The notes under the pieces: generated by a model
Told to the model about the DNA's origin: nothing
The model's database searches: none
The model's input: the letters and a program-made list of their open reading frames with translations, nothing else
Program-made: the position numbers and the translations under genes
From: Cycas panzhihuaensis
Lineage: Eukaryota; Plantae; Cycadophyta
Reading direction: 5' to 3'
DNA: 64,000 nucleotides
NCBI GenBank assembly: GCA_023213395.1
Contig: CM041465.1
Span: forward strand, 222,711,741 to 222,775,740
Shown: positions 50,901 to 64,000 of the stretch, piece after piece
Layout: each line of letters opens with the position of its first letter
How positions within the stretch are numbered: the stretch's first letter is position 1

Positions 50901-53158
50901 TGTTCAACTTATTCATCACACGTAGGTCAGGGAAGTGCAAATGCCCCAATCTCTCATGCCACAACTAAATTTTATTTGACACATTTGCATTCAAATATGC
51001 TCTTTAGCTTACTGACTTACCTAAGAGCTTATAAGGACGGTTTTCTCTTACACCTTTCGTGACCATTTTCCCTTCACGATCACTAATAATAGCCTTTTCG
51101 TCATTAAAGAGAACACTCATCCCATTCTCCTCTATCTAACTGACAAAAATAAAGTTCATCTTTAGTTCGTGCACGTACAAAACATCCTCCATATAGTAAT
51201 CATCTCTATCAAGAGTTATAACTGGGACCTCCCCTATGCCCTTGACAGTTAAATTTTATTGTCTCCCAGAATAACAGTATATCTGATAGCTTCTGACATG
51301 TGCCTGAACGAACCAAGCCTACCTGTCATGTGCCTAGAAACCCTTGAATCGATGTGCTATACATCGTTGGAGCCTCTTTTATGTACTACCACATTCTATT
51401 AAATAATCCTATCCTGCAAACTATGAACATGCTCCTGACCAGTCTACAACAGTCTATAGTTTTTCTTAATGTGACCTGGCTTGTTGCAGTTATAGTAGGT
51501 CTTTCGAGGTAGTTTTTTAGGACAAGAAAACAAGTATTTTCCACCCATTTTAATATGTAAAATACAACAAAATAACACATAACAACTAAAACATAGTGAA
51601 TGTTAAACAACTCTAACACATCACACACCATTTTATTAAAAATAAACATATGTGGGGTCCTTGGTCACTATGCAAAGTGCTGACAAAATAAAAAAATCTT
51701 TGGACACCACACAGGGAGCTAGAATCTCGTCATATAACCATGTTCATCATGAAGAGCACAAAAAGTACAATAGTGGAGTGGTCTCAGTTTTTGCAATAAG
51801 CTCCTCAATGAGCCAAAAAAAGCTTTAGCACTTTCCATACCATGTGACTAGGGGTTTACTTAACAAGTGGGTTAATTGGACTTCAAAAGCAAATTAAAAA
51901 CACTTCAATTTTTTGTTAACATTACAAAAAAAAGAATTTTTTTTTATCCTATAGTTTTATGGCAACAAATTTTGTTTGTATTTGGCGCCACATTACGATT
52001 TTTTTTCATCGAATTTGTGTCGATTTACGTCGATCAAACTCATAATGACAATTTGTTTCTTCGTTCAACTCATCTATTGCATTCCTAGTTTGCATGGGCG
52101 ACTAGTATTCTCCTAGCATTCGTGTATTGTAATCATTCGCAATGTCACTGTTAGCATATTTTCGTCCTACGTTTGCACAGGTCCACAAGCAACTATTATC
52201 AAGATGTGCATGGATTTGAATGTATCGTCATCATCTATTCTTCTAACTTCTATGCCCCCTACTTGGGTAACACACTCACCTGACTAAGTTCAGCATCGAT
52301 GTCTCCATTGATGCAATGTTTACTATTTTTCCTATTCAGCATTTGCCATTACTACAAGTTGCATACACATCACTTTTTAATCACTGCATTTAGTTGCCAT
52401 CATGAGCTACGGAGGTAGGTTTGTGTGGCCACGGAGATGCCCTCCAACAATGTAGTAATATGCAAAGACACCCCTTTTCTAATCATTCAATTAATGCCCC
52501 AATTCAATATGCCTATGCTAGCCTCTTATGGTTATCCATACTTGGCATCTTCATAGAATTCAAAAAAGAAAAATGTCCTATGATTGCCATAGATTGCCAC
52601 AAATTGAGATAAAACCTAGCTCAAAATGGTGCCCTAGACTAGCATCTCTCAAACAACACCTTCATACACAGCTACTGCCCATAAGCATTGATCCTTTTTT
52701 TTTTGTTTTTTTCCCTAATTTCTCCACACAAGCTTTAACTAGGCTCCACATAACAATCTAATTTCACAGCAATAATTAGCAAAAAAAATTTGAACTGAAA
52801 TCACCTACACACACAGTCACAAAACCTGCTTGGCTCCACATGTCACAAGTTGAAAACTTAATCAACAACTAGTGACTAATCGTGCTCTAATACCAAATGA
52901 GAGTTTTAGATCAGAATTGGAACCAAACAAACACTTGAAACAGGTTAATCTGGTATAATTAATCTACCTTCAAACTAAACTTACATTCATTAAGAATCCA
53001 TTCCAATGATCAAAACATAACATTGTATAGATATACGTACAAGAGAAATAGGTAAGTCCACACATGAACTCATAACCACCCTGACACGTGTCGTAAGCCT
53101 ATTAAGGGATCTGACAACTCATCTACCCAATTTGTCCTATATGAACATTAATCTAATA
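47944..53158 (-). mobile_element. Ty1/copia element (PR-INT-RT-RH remnants, gag not detectable)
   Basis: LTRs 47944-48207 and 52898-53158; TSD AACTC/GACTC; PBS TGGTATTAGAGC (52884-52895); PPT AAGGGGGAG; LYVDDL, KCIFVGY and IDSRVSRHMTG motifs. Confidence 0.92.
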
Positions 53159-56110
53159 GACTCGAGGCAATTTTAGACTAAACCAACCCTATGGGAATGC
53201 ATCTAGACCTATTGAACCCCAAAGGTGTTATCGATGCAATGAGTTGGGACATTTAGCAAATAGATGTCTATAAGGGAAACAAATTGGAGGAAGAGCCTAC
53301 AATGTGGAGGCACAACTGAGAATGACCAATGCAGCCCAAGAGGGGCAATTGATGCACATATATGTTGCTACTGACAATCGTCAGGTGGACCGTCAATTGA
53401 TAATGGTGCAAGCACCAAGTAGGATAGTTGGTCAAAATATGATCATATTAATTGATTTAGGTAGAGTCATAATTTCCTAAACCCCCAAATCGTAAAAGAG
53501 TGTAAGTTGAAGATTCAAGGGCATAAGGCCGTATGGACTGTACACATGGCAAACGGGAATAGGAAGAAGGGGATAGAATTTATCCTAGACTGCAAGTTGG
53601 AATGGAAGGGATGGGATACCTAGGCTACATTCCAATTACAACTTGGAGACTATGATGCTATAATAGACCTAGAATGGTTGTTGAAACACTAAACCAAAAT
53701 AGATTGTTGTAACAAGTGGTAGAGTGCCTTGATGACAATAACCAATCCAAGCTCATCCACAGACAAAAACTCCCAATCATCACCCAACAAATATCAGCTA
53801 CCTAGGTGAAGAAAATTTTCTGAAAGGGTTGCCATGCTTATGTAGTGCATGTTGACATGGAAAGTAGCCAAAAGGGACCTAGCCTTGAGAATTATCCTAT
53901 AGTGAAGGAGTTTTCCAATGTATTTCCTAAAGAATTGCCCGGTCTCCCTCCAAAGAGGGATGTAGATTATGCAATTGAATTAATTTCAAGATTGAATCAC
54001 TTTTGAAAGCACTGTATTACATGGTTGCACCTGAGTTAACGAAATTTAAGATGCAGTTGCAAAAACTACTCACTAAAAGTTTCATTAGACCCAGCATATT
54101 GCCATGGGGAATGCCAATTTTATTTATGAGTATGAAATATGGAACATTATGACTATGTATTGACTATAGATAATTGAATAAGGCAATAGTGAAGAACAAA
54201 TACCCATTGCCAAGAATTGAAGACTTGTTCGATTAGATGAAAGGAACAAAGTTATTTTTTAAGATTGATTTGAGATCAGGTTACTACCATATTCAAATCA
54301 AGGAAGATGATATATTTAAAACAACGTTTAGAACAAGGTACGGGCACTATGAGTTCACGGTAATGCCATTTGGCTTAACCAATGCCTCAACAACATTCAT
54401 GTGCCTACAGAAAAAAGTGTTTAGAAAGTACATGGATTGGTTCATTATAGTATTCATAGACGGCATTCTAATCTATTTAAAGCCTAAAGAAGAGCATAAA
54501 TAACATATGAGGATCATATTATAACTTCTAAGAAACTCTATGCAAAGTTAATTAAATGTGACTTCTATAAAGAACAAGTACTTTACTTGGGTCACTTTAT
54601 CTCAAAAGAAGGAATTTTAGTTGATCCCCAAAAAACTACTGCAATTATTGATTGGCCCACTTCGAAGAATGTGAATAAAGTAAGATGTTTCCTGGGTACA
54701 GCAAGATCCTATCACAAATATGTGAAAGAATTTTTGAGAATAGCAAGCCCTATCACCTCTCTATTAAGAAAAGGAATGAAGTTCAAATGGACTAAAAGGT
54801 GCAAAGAAAGATTTCAATAATTGAAGAAGTTACTCACCACCACACCAGTACTCACAATACCTAATCTGGATGTTGAGAATGTGGTATGCACAGATGTATG
54901 CAAAGAAGGTATTGGAGTAGTACTTGTGCAAAACAAAAGAGTGATTTCTTATGAATCACGAAAATTGAAGGGTCAAGAAAAAAACTATCCAACATGACTT
55001 GGTGCTCATGGCAATGATGCATGCTTTGAGTGCATAAAGGCAGTATCTTCTCAAAAAGAAACATACGCTAAAAACAAATCATGACAATCTGAAGCATATC
55101 TTTGCATAGCAACAACGGAATGCTAGAGAAAGGAGATTGATGGAATACCTATGTAAGTATGATTTACAAGTGCAACATGTAAAAGTAAAGAAAATTAGGT
55201 AGTTGATGTTCTCAATCGAAGGAGGTACATAGCTTCCATAAGCACTCTCGAGCTAAGTTTAAAGGAAACCATAAAGTTGAAATTGCTCAATGATAAACTA
55301 TACAAAGAAGTGTAGGACTTCCTAGAAAAGAAGAAGGAAGCAGAATTAGTAGATGCTAAACTATTGCGTATATATGAAGGCTATGGGATGACAAATGATG
55401 GACTACTCACATTTTGAGGATAGATCTATATGCGGACAAATAAGGACATTTGAACCTTAATCATCAAGGAAGCACACGACACTCCTTATGGAAGATACCC
55501 ACATTATCAAAAGACCTACACAGATGTCAAGAGGTATTACTTCTAGTCTAACAAGAAGAAAGACATAATGGAGTATGTTGTGAAGTGCTTGTAATGCCAA
55601 AAAGTGAAATTAGAACCTAGACATCTAGTTGGACTACTCTAGCCTTTGGAAATTCCATAATAGAAATGGGAAGTTATTTCGATGGACTTCATCACATTTT
55701 TACCTAGAATTTCCTATCATCATGATGCAATTATGTTGGTAGTTGATAAATTAACCAAGCCTACACATTTCATCCCAGTTCGCACCACTCACACTTTGGA
55801 CATAGCTAAAATTTTCATGAAGGAGATTGTGAGGATGCACGGCATTCCAAAGGCCATTGTTTCAAATACAAATGTAAAGTTCACTAAGGGTGAACCAAGT
55901 GCGAGAGGACATGCTTCGCATATACACAATGGAACAACCAACTAAGTGGGAGCCCTACCCACATTTGGTGGAGTTCGCATATACCGACACCTGCCACTCT
56001 TCATTAGGCATGGGTCCTTTTGAGGCATTGTATGGGCAGCCATGCAACACACCACTCAAATGGGAGAACTTGGAGGATTGTCAAGTGATTCGCCCACACA
56101 TGCTTCAAGA

Positions 56111-59100
56111 ATTTATGGACCTTTCTTGTCCACTACTACTATCTTCTCTCTCTTCTTCGATGTACTCTCTCTCTCTTTTCCAATGTATTTCTCTTCTTCT
56201 TATTTTCTCTTTTGTCCCACATGCACAAGTACAAGGTTGAGGGCATGACAGTTCACATATATATGTATGCACCACCTTGTCTTCGGGAGATATTAGGAGG
56301 TTGTGCCCTCAAAGTGGCTTGAATAATATAAGTATTCAACATTGTGCACTCTTGTATTATGAGATATTGTTATATTACGTTACAAGTGCATCACAATTGG
56401 TATCAGAGCAATTTGATTGGGAAGGCCTTGTAAAAAAAGGATAAGATTCGAAATTTTTTAGTCAAATTTTTCTCTCTTTTTTTTTTTGCATTATTGGTGC
56501 CCTGCATTGGGAATAGCACCTATAAAGATTGTTACACACACATGCAAAATATATTCTCCTAGTGAGGCTGACCTGCTATGAAAAATTACGTTAATCAATT
56601 GAGACATGGTATGCTACAAGTGAATATTTGAGACAGTGTATAGCATAAAGGGCCGAGGTGTTACACAAAATTTTAGCGGCCCCAAAGAGACTGAGGTAGA
56701 CTTAGAAAAGATGAATTCCATGGTTACAGAAGTAAAGCCCTTAGTCGAGGATCTATCATTTTTGGCTAAGCACATTTGGTGATAAGTCGGCATGTGAAGT
56801 GAGGTGAGATATTCACTAATTCCCAAGCTTCAGACAAAACTGGCTCAACACTAAGGGTTATTGAAACAAGGGAGACACTTCTTTAACAAAATTTTGGCCA
56901 TATCTATTTATCATTGTTCCTACCACAATAGAAACCCCATACAACTGCAAAATTTTTAGCACCTTATAACTTTTTTGTTTGAAGCCAAATGTCAGTTTTG
57001 ACTAGAGATTTGGTTTTTGGAAAAAAAAGGAAAACAGAAAAAATATCAAACCCAAAATCTTTTACCACTATTTCTCAATTGTCCCATTGTAACAAGGGCA
57101 TTGCGGCCTTTATTTTCCACTAGGACAATTTTAACCAACAATTTTGGGCCAACTACCTATAGACACCTTAGGCCTAACATTTGTGCATTTTCTCACCCAT
57201 ATCGTTTCAATGAGGACATTGTACCTATCAAAATGCACTAGGCCATTTTCTTACATAAATTTTCGGGGAAATAACATATAAGAAGCACCTTTCACTTCTT
57301 TTTCATTCCACCTTTAAAAATTAAACTAAGGTCAAGATTCACAAAAATGGCACCAAGATCCAATATAGAATGGTCTCAAGAATTCAATGATGCAATGCTT
57401 ATGATATCCATCAATCCTTCCATGAGATGAAGAATACATCCAATCATTGACTAGTCAAATTAGTTGCCACCAACCAAAAGTTGAAAATGTGAGGGATAGA
57501 GAGGAAGAAAGGAAGGATAGATATGCTTAAAATGCAGGAGGGGAAAGATCCCTAGACTTTTTGAGCAAATTTCCTTCCTAAGGTAGAGGTTTGTAAATTC
57601 AATCAAAGGGATATTTGGACCTAGATGAATGAAATGGAACAACATTTCAACCTCCACCAAGTACCTGCAAATAAGAAGATTGCATTAGCTTCCTTGCACA
57701 TAGAAACATAATCGTTCCAATGGCACCAATGGATGAAAAGGAAAATTGATGGGTTGTCATACAAGTGGGATAACTTTGTGGAGGACATCTCAGCACAATT
57801 CGACAATGTTTGGGGCAATGACTACTTTAGCCAACTCACTAAGGTAAGACAACTAGGGATAATGTTGGGTCCAAGGCCATAGATGTACAAAAGATGCATT
57901 TTCATCATAGAAGACACCCATGACGAGGATGACGAAGAACAAGGCATCTCTAAAGAGTCATGCGAGGCTGATAAGGAGGAAACAAGAACCATTTTAGTTC
58001 ATGCCTTGGCAAGTATTGCAACCCCCCAAACATTGAAGATCATAGGGTACATTAAAAAATGAAAGGTGGTAACACTCTTGAAGCATGCATAATTTCATTA
58101 ACAAGAAATTGGCCAAAGAACTCAATTGCATCCCCTACCCTATTAAAAACTTCCAAATAATAGTTGTGAATGGGGGAAGAATACCTTCTAAGGGGAAGTG
58201 CCACAATATAAAATTGAGCACGGAATACCATATTTTGTCCTCACCCATGTATGTGATTCTAGTAGACGACATGGATGCGGTCTTGTGTGTCAAATGGCTC
58301 AAAACTTTGGGCACCATCCCACTAAATCTAAAGGAGCTCTTCATTTGATTCCCTTCACATGGAAAGGAATATCAACTTAATGGAATTACCACCCCACTCC
58401 AACTCCCAAATTGTTAGCTCACATAGAATGGAGAAGCTTATTAGAAATTGTAGTAATGGGCTCATTGCCAAATGTTATGCCTTAGAAGGGTATGCCATAC
58501 AGGGGGAAGGAAATCCTAACCAAGGTATTGACATACCATAGGACCTAAAAATGGTCCCCCTTAGACAGAGTCAAGTCTTCGAGGATATTCCTAAGGAGCT
58601 TCCACCAAAAAGGTAATAGGATCATGCTATTGAGTTCATATCAAGCAACAATCCTCTAAGTATATGTCCCTACAAATATCCCTATCACCAAAAGAATGAA
58701 ATAGAAAGATCGATGCAGGAACTATTAGAGGCATGTATAATCAGGGAAAGCAAGAGTACCTTTTCAACCCCAATAGTATTGGTTAGGAAAAAGGGCAGTT
58801 CCTTCAAGATATGCATGGATTATAAGGAACTAAACAACTATCAAGGACAAGATTCCATACCAATGGTTGATGAATTAAATGGGTCCCTCTCCTTTTCCTA
58901 GTTGGATTTGAGCTCAAGATACTACCATATCAGAATTAAAGCAAAAGATGTTCATAAGATTGCCTTCCATACTCATGAGGGCCATTATGAATTCTTAGTC
59001 ATGCCCTTTGGCTTGCCCAACATTCCAATGAATCATAAACAAGATTTTTTGAATTTATTTAAGAAAGTATGTCATCGTATTTTTTGATGACATATTGAAT

Positions 59101-61662
59101 TTTATCCAGATGTGGGAAGATCACATCTGTCATATTGACAAGGTCTTACAAATGCTTGAAGACAACCACCCCTATGCCAAAAGATCCAAATGCAACTTTG
59201 GAAGGTAGGAAGTTGAATATCTGGGCCATATCATCTCTAGGGAAGGGGTCAAGTTGGATCCTAAAAAGATTCAAGCCCTCGTCAACTAGCCCACACCCAA
59301 AAACATCAAGGCCCTGAGGGCATTTCTTGGGTTAATTGGTTATTACCAAAAATTCATTAATGGATATGCACGACTAGCAAACTCCCTAACTTAGTTGTTG
59401 AAAAGGAATGCCTTTCAATGGAATGAAGCAACTAGTCAGGCTTTCCAATAGTTAAAAGGTGCTATAATTTGCACCCCAATTCTAGCCACTACTTATTTTA
59501 CTAAGACTTTCACCATTGAGTGTCATGCTTCAGGCCATGGTATGGGGACAATACTAATGCAAGAGGAACAATCCCTAGCCTTTGAAAATCATGAATTCAA
59601 ATCCTAGGACTTAGAAAAATCAACTTATGAAAAGGAGATAATGGCCATATTACATGCAATCCAAAAGTGTTGGCAATATCTCTTGGGAACATACTTCAAG
59701 GTCAAGATTGATCATGATAGCTTGAAGTGCTTCTTGGACCAAAGGGTGGGACCAGGAAAACAAAAAAAGTGGGTGACTAAAATGCAAAGCTATGACTTTA
59801 AAATAATACACAAAAAGGGCAAGGGAAATGTAGCAACAAATGCCTTGTCTAGATGGGACAAAGATTCCACCCTATACTCCTTAACAACCATAGTTCCTGC
59901 TTGGGTTGACGAAGCTAGAGTAGAATGAGAAAAGGACCATCACCAAGCAAAAGATACAAGACACTCCAGCAGGTAAGGAAGTTTACAAGCATTTCAATTG
60001 GAAGGACAACACCTTATAGTATAAAAACAAGATATATGTAAGCCCCTAATCAAAGCTTAGGGGCAAGGTATTGCATGATGCACATGCCCCACTTACAATT
60101 GGCCATTCTGAGTTCTTGAAATCTTACCAAAGAGTAAAACAATCCTTTTATTGGGAAGGACTCAAGGGGGACATTCAAAGATCATAGTTGCATGTGAGAC
60201 TTATCAAAGGTACAAGGGTGAGATAGTTAAAATGCCAAGGTCGTTACAACCTTTGTCCATACCAACCCAAAGGTGGGAGGAAATATCCATGGACTTTGTT
60301 ACTAGACTTCCCAAATCTGATGGAAAGGATGATATACTAGTAGTCATGGATTGGTTGACTAAGTACTTCTATAGCATCCAACAAGGTTATAAGGCCAACT
60401 ACATAGCAGAAATCTTCATTAAGGAAATGCATAGGATCCATGGAATCTCAAAAGTAACTGTTAGCAATCGCAATCCAACGTTTACTAGTAACTTTTGGAC
60501 AGAACTCTTCAAAACATTGAGAACTCAGCTATCTATGAACACCACCTATCATCCACAAACAGATGGGAAAATAGAGGTCGTTATCAAATGTCTCAAAGGC
60601 TACCTCCAATGTTATACTTCGAACAAACAGGGACAATAACATAGATGACTTCCACTAGAAAAATGGTGACACAACACAACTTATCACACAACCACCAAAA
60701 TGACTCCCTTCCAAGCACTATACTGATACAAACCACTGAGCATCAACAGTTATGCAATAAACAATTCTAAGGTACAAGCTGTGGCTGACCATACCCAACA
60801 AGTTGATAAGGTACTTAGACTACTCAAGGAGAACCTAAGTATTTCACAAAATAGAATGAAGCAACAAGCAAATAAAGGTAGGAGCAAATGACAATTATGC
60901 AATAAACAATTCTAAGGTATAGGCAATGGCCGACCATACCCAACAAGTTGATGACATACTTAGACTTCACAAAATAGAATGAATCAACAAGCAAACAAAG
61001 GTATGAGTGAATGATAGTTCTAGCCAAATGACTAGGTCTATTTATATTTGCAACCATAAAAGCAATCCTCGCTCAAGAAAAAGGGGGGTGGGGTGTGCGA
61101 GGGGGAACAAATTAGAGCCAAAATTTGTGGACCATATAGAGTCATCAAGCGAGTCGGCCAAGTAGCTTACATGTTGGAATTACCAGTAACATCCAAGATT
61201 CATAATGTTTTCCATGCATTCCATCTTAAAGAGGTAATGGGACAAGAAGTACAGATTCAAATCGACTTGCCAGTTCTGGATGATGAAGGATGACTTCAAC
61301 TAGTACCGAAGAGAATTTCAAAGGACAAGGTTAGGACAATTTGTTCTAAGCAGATCATAGAGTACCTCATCAAATGGAAGCAAATGCCACTAGAAGGCTC
61401 CACTTGGGAGAGCTATGAATTTGTCAAGCAGCATCCAGAGTTAACAAAGCCTTGAGGTCAAAGCTTTCTAAAAAAAGGGGGACATGTTACGAACCATTCT
61501 TGTCCACTACCACTCTCTTCTTCCATCTTTGTTCTCTAATGTACTTCTCTCTCTCTCTTCTCTAATGTACTTCTTTTCTTCTCTTCTTATTTTCTCTTTT
61601 GTCCCACATGCACAAGTACAATAAGTCAAAGGCATGATAAGTGCCATATATATATATATATA

Positions 61663-61711
<49 letters not shown>

Positions 61712-61888
61712 ATATATATATATATATATATATATATGCAGGCACCTTCTTGTCTTGGGGAGATACAAGTGATCTTGTTATGTATTAGGAGGTGGCCCCC
61801 CTGAAAGTGGCTTAAGTAATATAAGTATTCAACATTGTGCACTCTTATGTTATGAGATATTGTAATATTATGTTGCAGGTGCATCACA
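56111..61888 (+). mobile_element. Element D: chromovirus gypsy (Reina-like) with chromodomain, decayed
   Basis: LTRs ~56111-56395 and 61485-61888; PBS TGGTATCAGAGC (56398); PPT AAAAAAGGGGG; partial gag, PR, RT ([13 protein letters not shown]), RH, INT (WEEISMDFV), GPY; chromodomain EYLIKWKQMPLEGSTWE (~61360-61410). Confidence 0.92.
61646..61737. repeat. (TA)n microsatellite inside the 3' LTR of element D
   Basis: About 92 bp of TA dinucleotide with two C interruptions. Confidence 0.98.
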
Positions 61889-62022
61889 AAAACAGAGCAG
61901 CAAGTTGCCAACATCTGACAGCACTTGAAGGTAGCTCAAGATAAGCAAAAGAGCTATGCAGACATGAAAAGGTCAAGGAATGAGTACAATGTTGGAAAGC
62001 ACATTTTCCATTGAGTTAGATT

Positions 62023-64000
62023 TGTTAACGTTTTTACTTAGATTTTTTTATTGTTTCTCTTAAGTCAATGTTAACTTAGAGTCTTTAGTTAGAGCACAAG
62101 TTATGTTATTATTAAAAGTCGTGAAAAGTGTTTTCTTTTGGCTCTCTCTCATTGGCTCCTGTTTGTGGCCTTTAAGGTACATGTATATAAGAATCTCTCA
62201 CTAGTAAGTAATGAGAAGAAGACATTATTCTAGAGCAAAATGCTTGTCTGTTTTTTTCTAACATGGTATCAAAGCAGGATTGAAGGGACCATCTATTGGA
62301 GTCTTTAGTTTTCTCCCTATATCAATCCAAGGAAGTCTAAAGGGACCACTTGGTGGAGGCTTCAAAAGACAATCCTAGGAAACAGTACAACCTACAAATT
62401 GAGTCTATACATAAGTGCACATACCTATACAAGCAAGGAAATTTCGAATCTGTCGGATCGAGACAAAACTTTCCTAGATTGAGCACCTCTTTATGGAGAT
62501 CAGTTTTCTCTAAAGGATCAACCTCAAATTCGACCTTCATCAATAAGAGTCTGAGCTTTTTTTAAAATACGAGTTTTAGTATTCCTCAGTTGATTTCTCT
62601 TCACCTGCATTCTGATAGTGACTTTGTGGAGCTTGGGGATAATTCCAACCTAAAGATTGGAGGAAGAGGAACTATTGTTGTTAGAATCAAAGGAGAAATT
62701 TAGAAAATAGGCAATGTCCTTTTTGTACTTGGCTTAAGGAAAAATCTTTTATCTGTCTCACAACTAAAGAAGAAGAAAAAGCTTTGTATTATCTTTGATG
62801 GAGATTAATGATTCATTTGTGACAAAATGAAAAATAATACTATAATAGTTGAATGAATAGAGACTAATAAGTTATATAAATTAGTCTCTACACCTATTAT
62901 TTAAACTCTCTCTGTATACAACTTTGATAATAATAAAATTTGGCATTCTCAGTATGGGCACATCTCAAATGACAAGTTAAAAATGCTCAAAATGTCTGAT
63001 ATGGTTCATGGTCTTCCAACTATCTCATTTAACTCTAATGTCTATGAAGGGTGCATGCTAGGAAAGCAACACAGATCTCATTTTCAACCAAGCACATGGA
63101 GAGCCCAAACAAAGCTTGAACTAGTACACAATGATTTACGCAAACCAATTTCCCCAAATTCCATCAATGGTGCTAGGTATTTCCTCACCTTCATAGATGA
63201 TTTTCGCAAAAAAGTTTGGGTGTACTTCATTACCAACAAATCAGAAGTTTTCAATGTATTCAACGAATTCAAAGTTATGGTTGAATTAGAGAGTGGGCAT
63301 AAGCTTAAAGTCCTAAGGACAGATAGGGGAGGGGAATACACCTCTAATGACTTCTACAAGTGTTGTAAAACCCATGGCATTCATAGGCAGTTCACCACTG
63401 CTTAGACTCCCCAATCAAATGGGGTCGCAAAAAGGCTTAACAGATCAATAATAGAAATGGCTAGATGCATGCTAAAAGAGAAAGGACTCTCAAATGTTTG
63501 TTGGGTTGAAGCAGTCAATGCTACAGTCTACCTTCTAAATAGATGTCCCACTAGTGCCCTTGAAAAACTCACTCTTGAAGAAGCTTGGCACAAAAAGAAA
63601 CCAAACATTTGCCATCTCAAAAACTTTGGAAGCACTAGTTATGTACATATCCCAAACCAAAAAAGAACTAAGCTAGATGATAAGAGCATCAGATGCATCC
63701 TAGTCGGATACAGTAACAAGTCCAAAGCATATAGATGCTTGGACTTGAAGATAAACAAAATCTACAATAGTAGAGATGTAACCTTTGATGAAATGTCAAA
63801 GGAAGAGATCTAAGAAGTTGCCTCCCCCAAAAGATTAGTATAGGGAGAAATCATACCTCCTCAACAGTCAATATGAAATCAACCATTAGTTTCACAAGAA
63901 GGAAATGACTTGAGAGAAGGTACCACAAATATTATCTCTCTAGTAGTGAATGGACAGCCAAGGAAATCCTATCAATCTTATACTAGAATACCCAAATGGC
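62023..64000 (+). mobile_element. Ty1/copia element, 5' part (LTR, PBS, partial protease, integrase); runs off the window
   Basis: LTR 62023-62263 (TG..CA); PBS TGGTATCAAAGC (62264); NLLSVSQL; CMLGKQHR, FLTFIDDF, LRTDRGGEY, RCILVGY. Confidence 0.9.

Larger units (their letters stand above)
47330..62022 (+). mobile_element. Element C: decayed Tekay-like chromovirus gypsy gag-pol, split by three nested insertions
   Basis: gag KVKLPTFSGE (~47350) and ORF 47652; knuckle CYRCNELGHLANRC (~53225); LPPKRDVDYAIEL; KNKYPLPRIEDLFD; FKIDLRSGY; SMDFITFLP; HLKVAQDKQKSYAD at ~61920. Confidence 0.88.

Noticed and set aside
61507-61914. 135-aa ORF with YI repeats
   Set aside because: Translation of the (TA)n microsatellite in an LTR.

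Overview
AT-rich plant nuclear DNA made almost entirely of nested retrotransposons. The element families suggest a large-genome non-angiosperm such as a gymnosperm or fern, but this is inference only. No intact host gene, rRNA, tRNA or true CRISPR locus is supportable. From left to right: (1) Element A, a decayed non-chromovirus Ty3/gypsy element (+, 1-15655), carrying a solo LTR (5895-6265, TSD TGATC) and a full-length Tork/Tnt1-like copia (8870-14126, -, TSD AAAAT). (2) An old chromovirus-like pol relic that hosts element B, a complete non-chromovirus gypsy element (17654-28225, -, TSD CTTTG, tRNA-Glu PBS). (3) A non-autonomous LTR element, an L1-like LINE relic and several tandem duplications. 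(4) Element C, a Tekay-like gypsy element (+), interrupted by a gag-less copia (47944-53158), a chromodomain-bearing gypsy element D (56111-61888) and another gag-less copia (62023-end). The main observation is that A and B, although very divergent, share an unusual architecture. Both have a multi-knuckle Gag, then protease, then two tandem extra capsid-like domains inside Pol, then RT-RNaseH-integrase. After pol, each has an element-specific array of phased palindromes whose motif recurs in its own LTR, followed by a homologous extra sense ORF before the 3' LTR.
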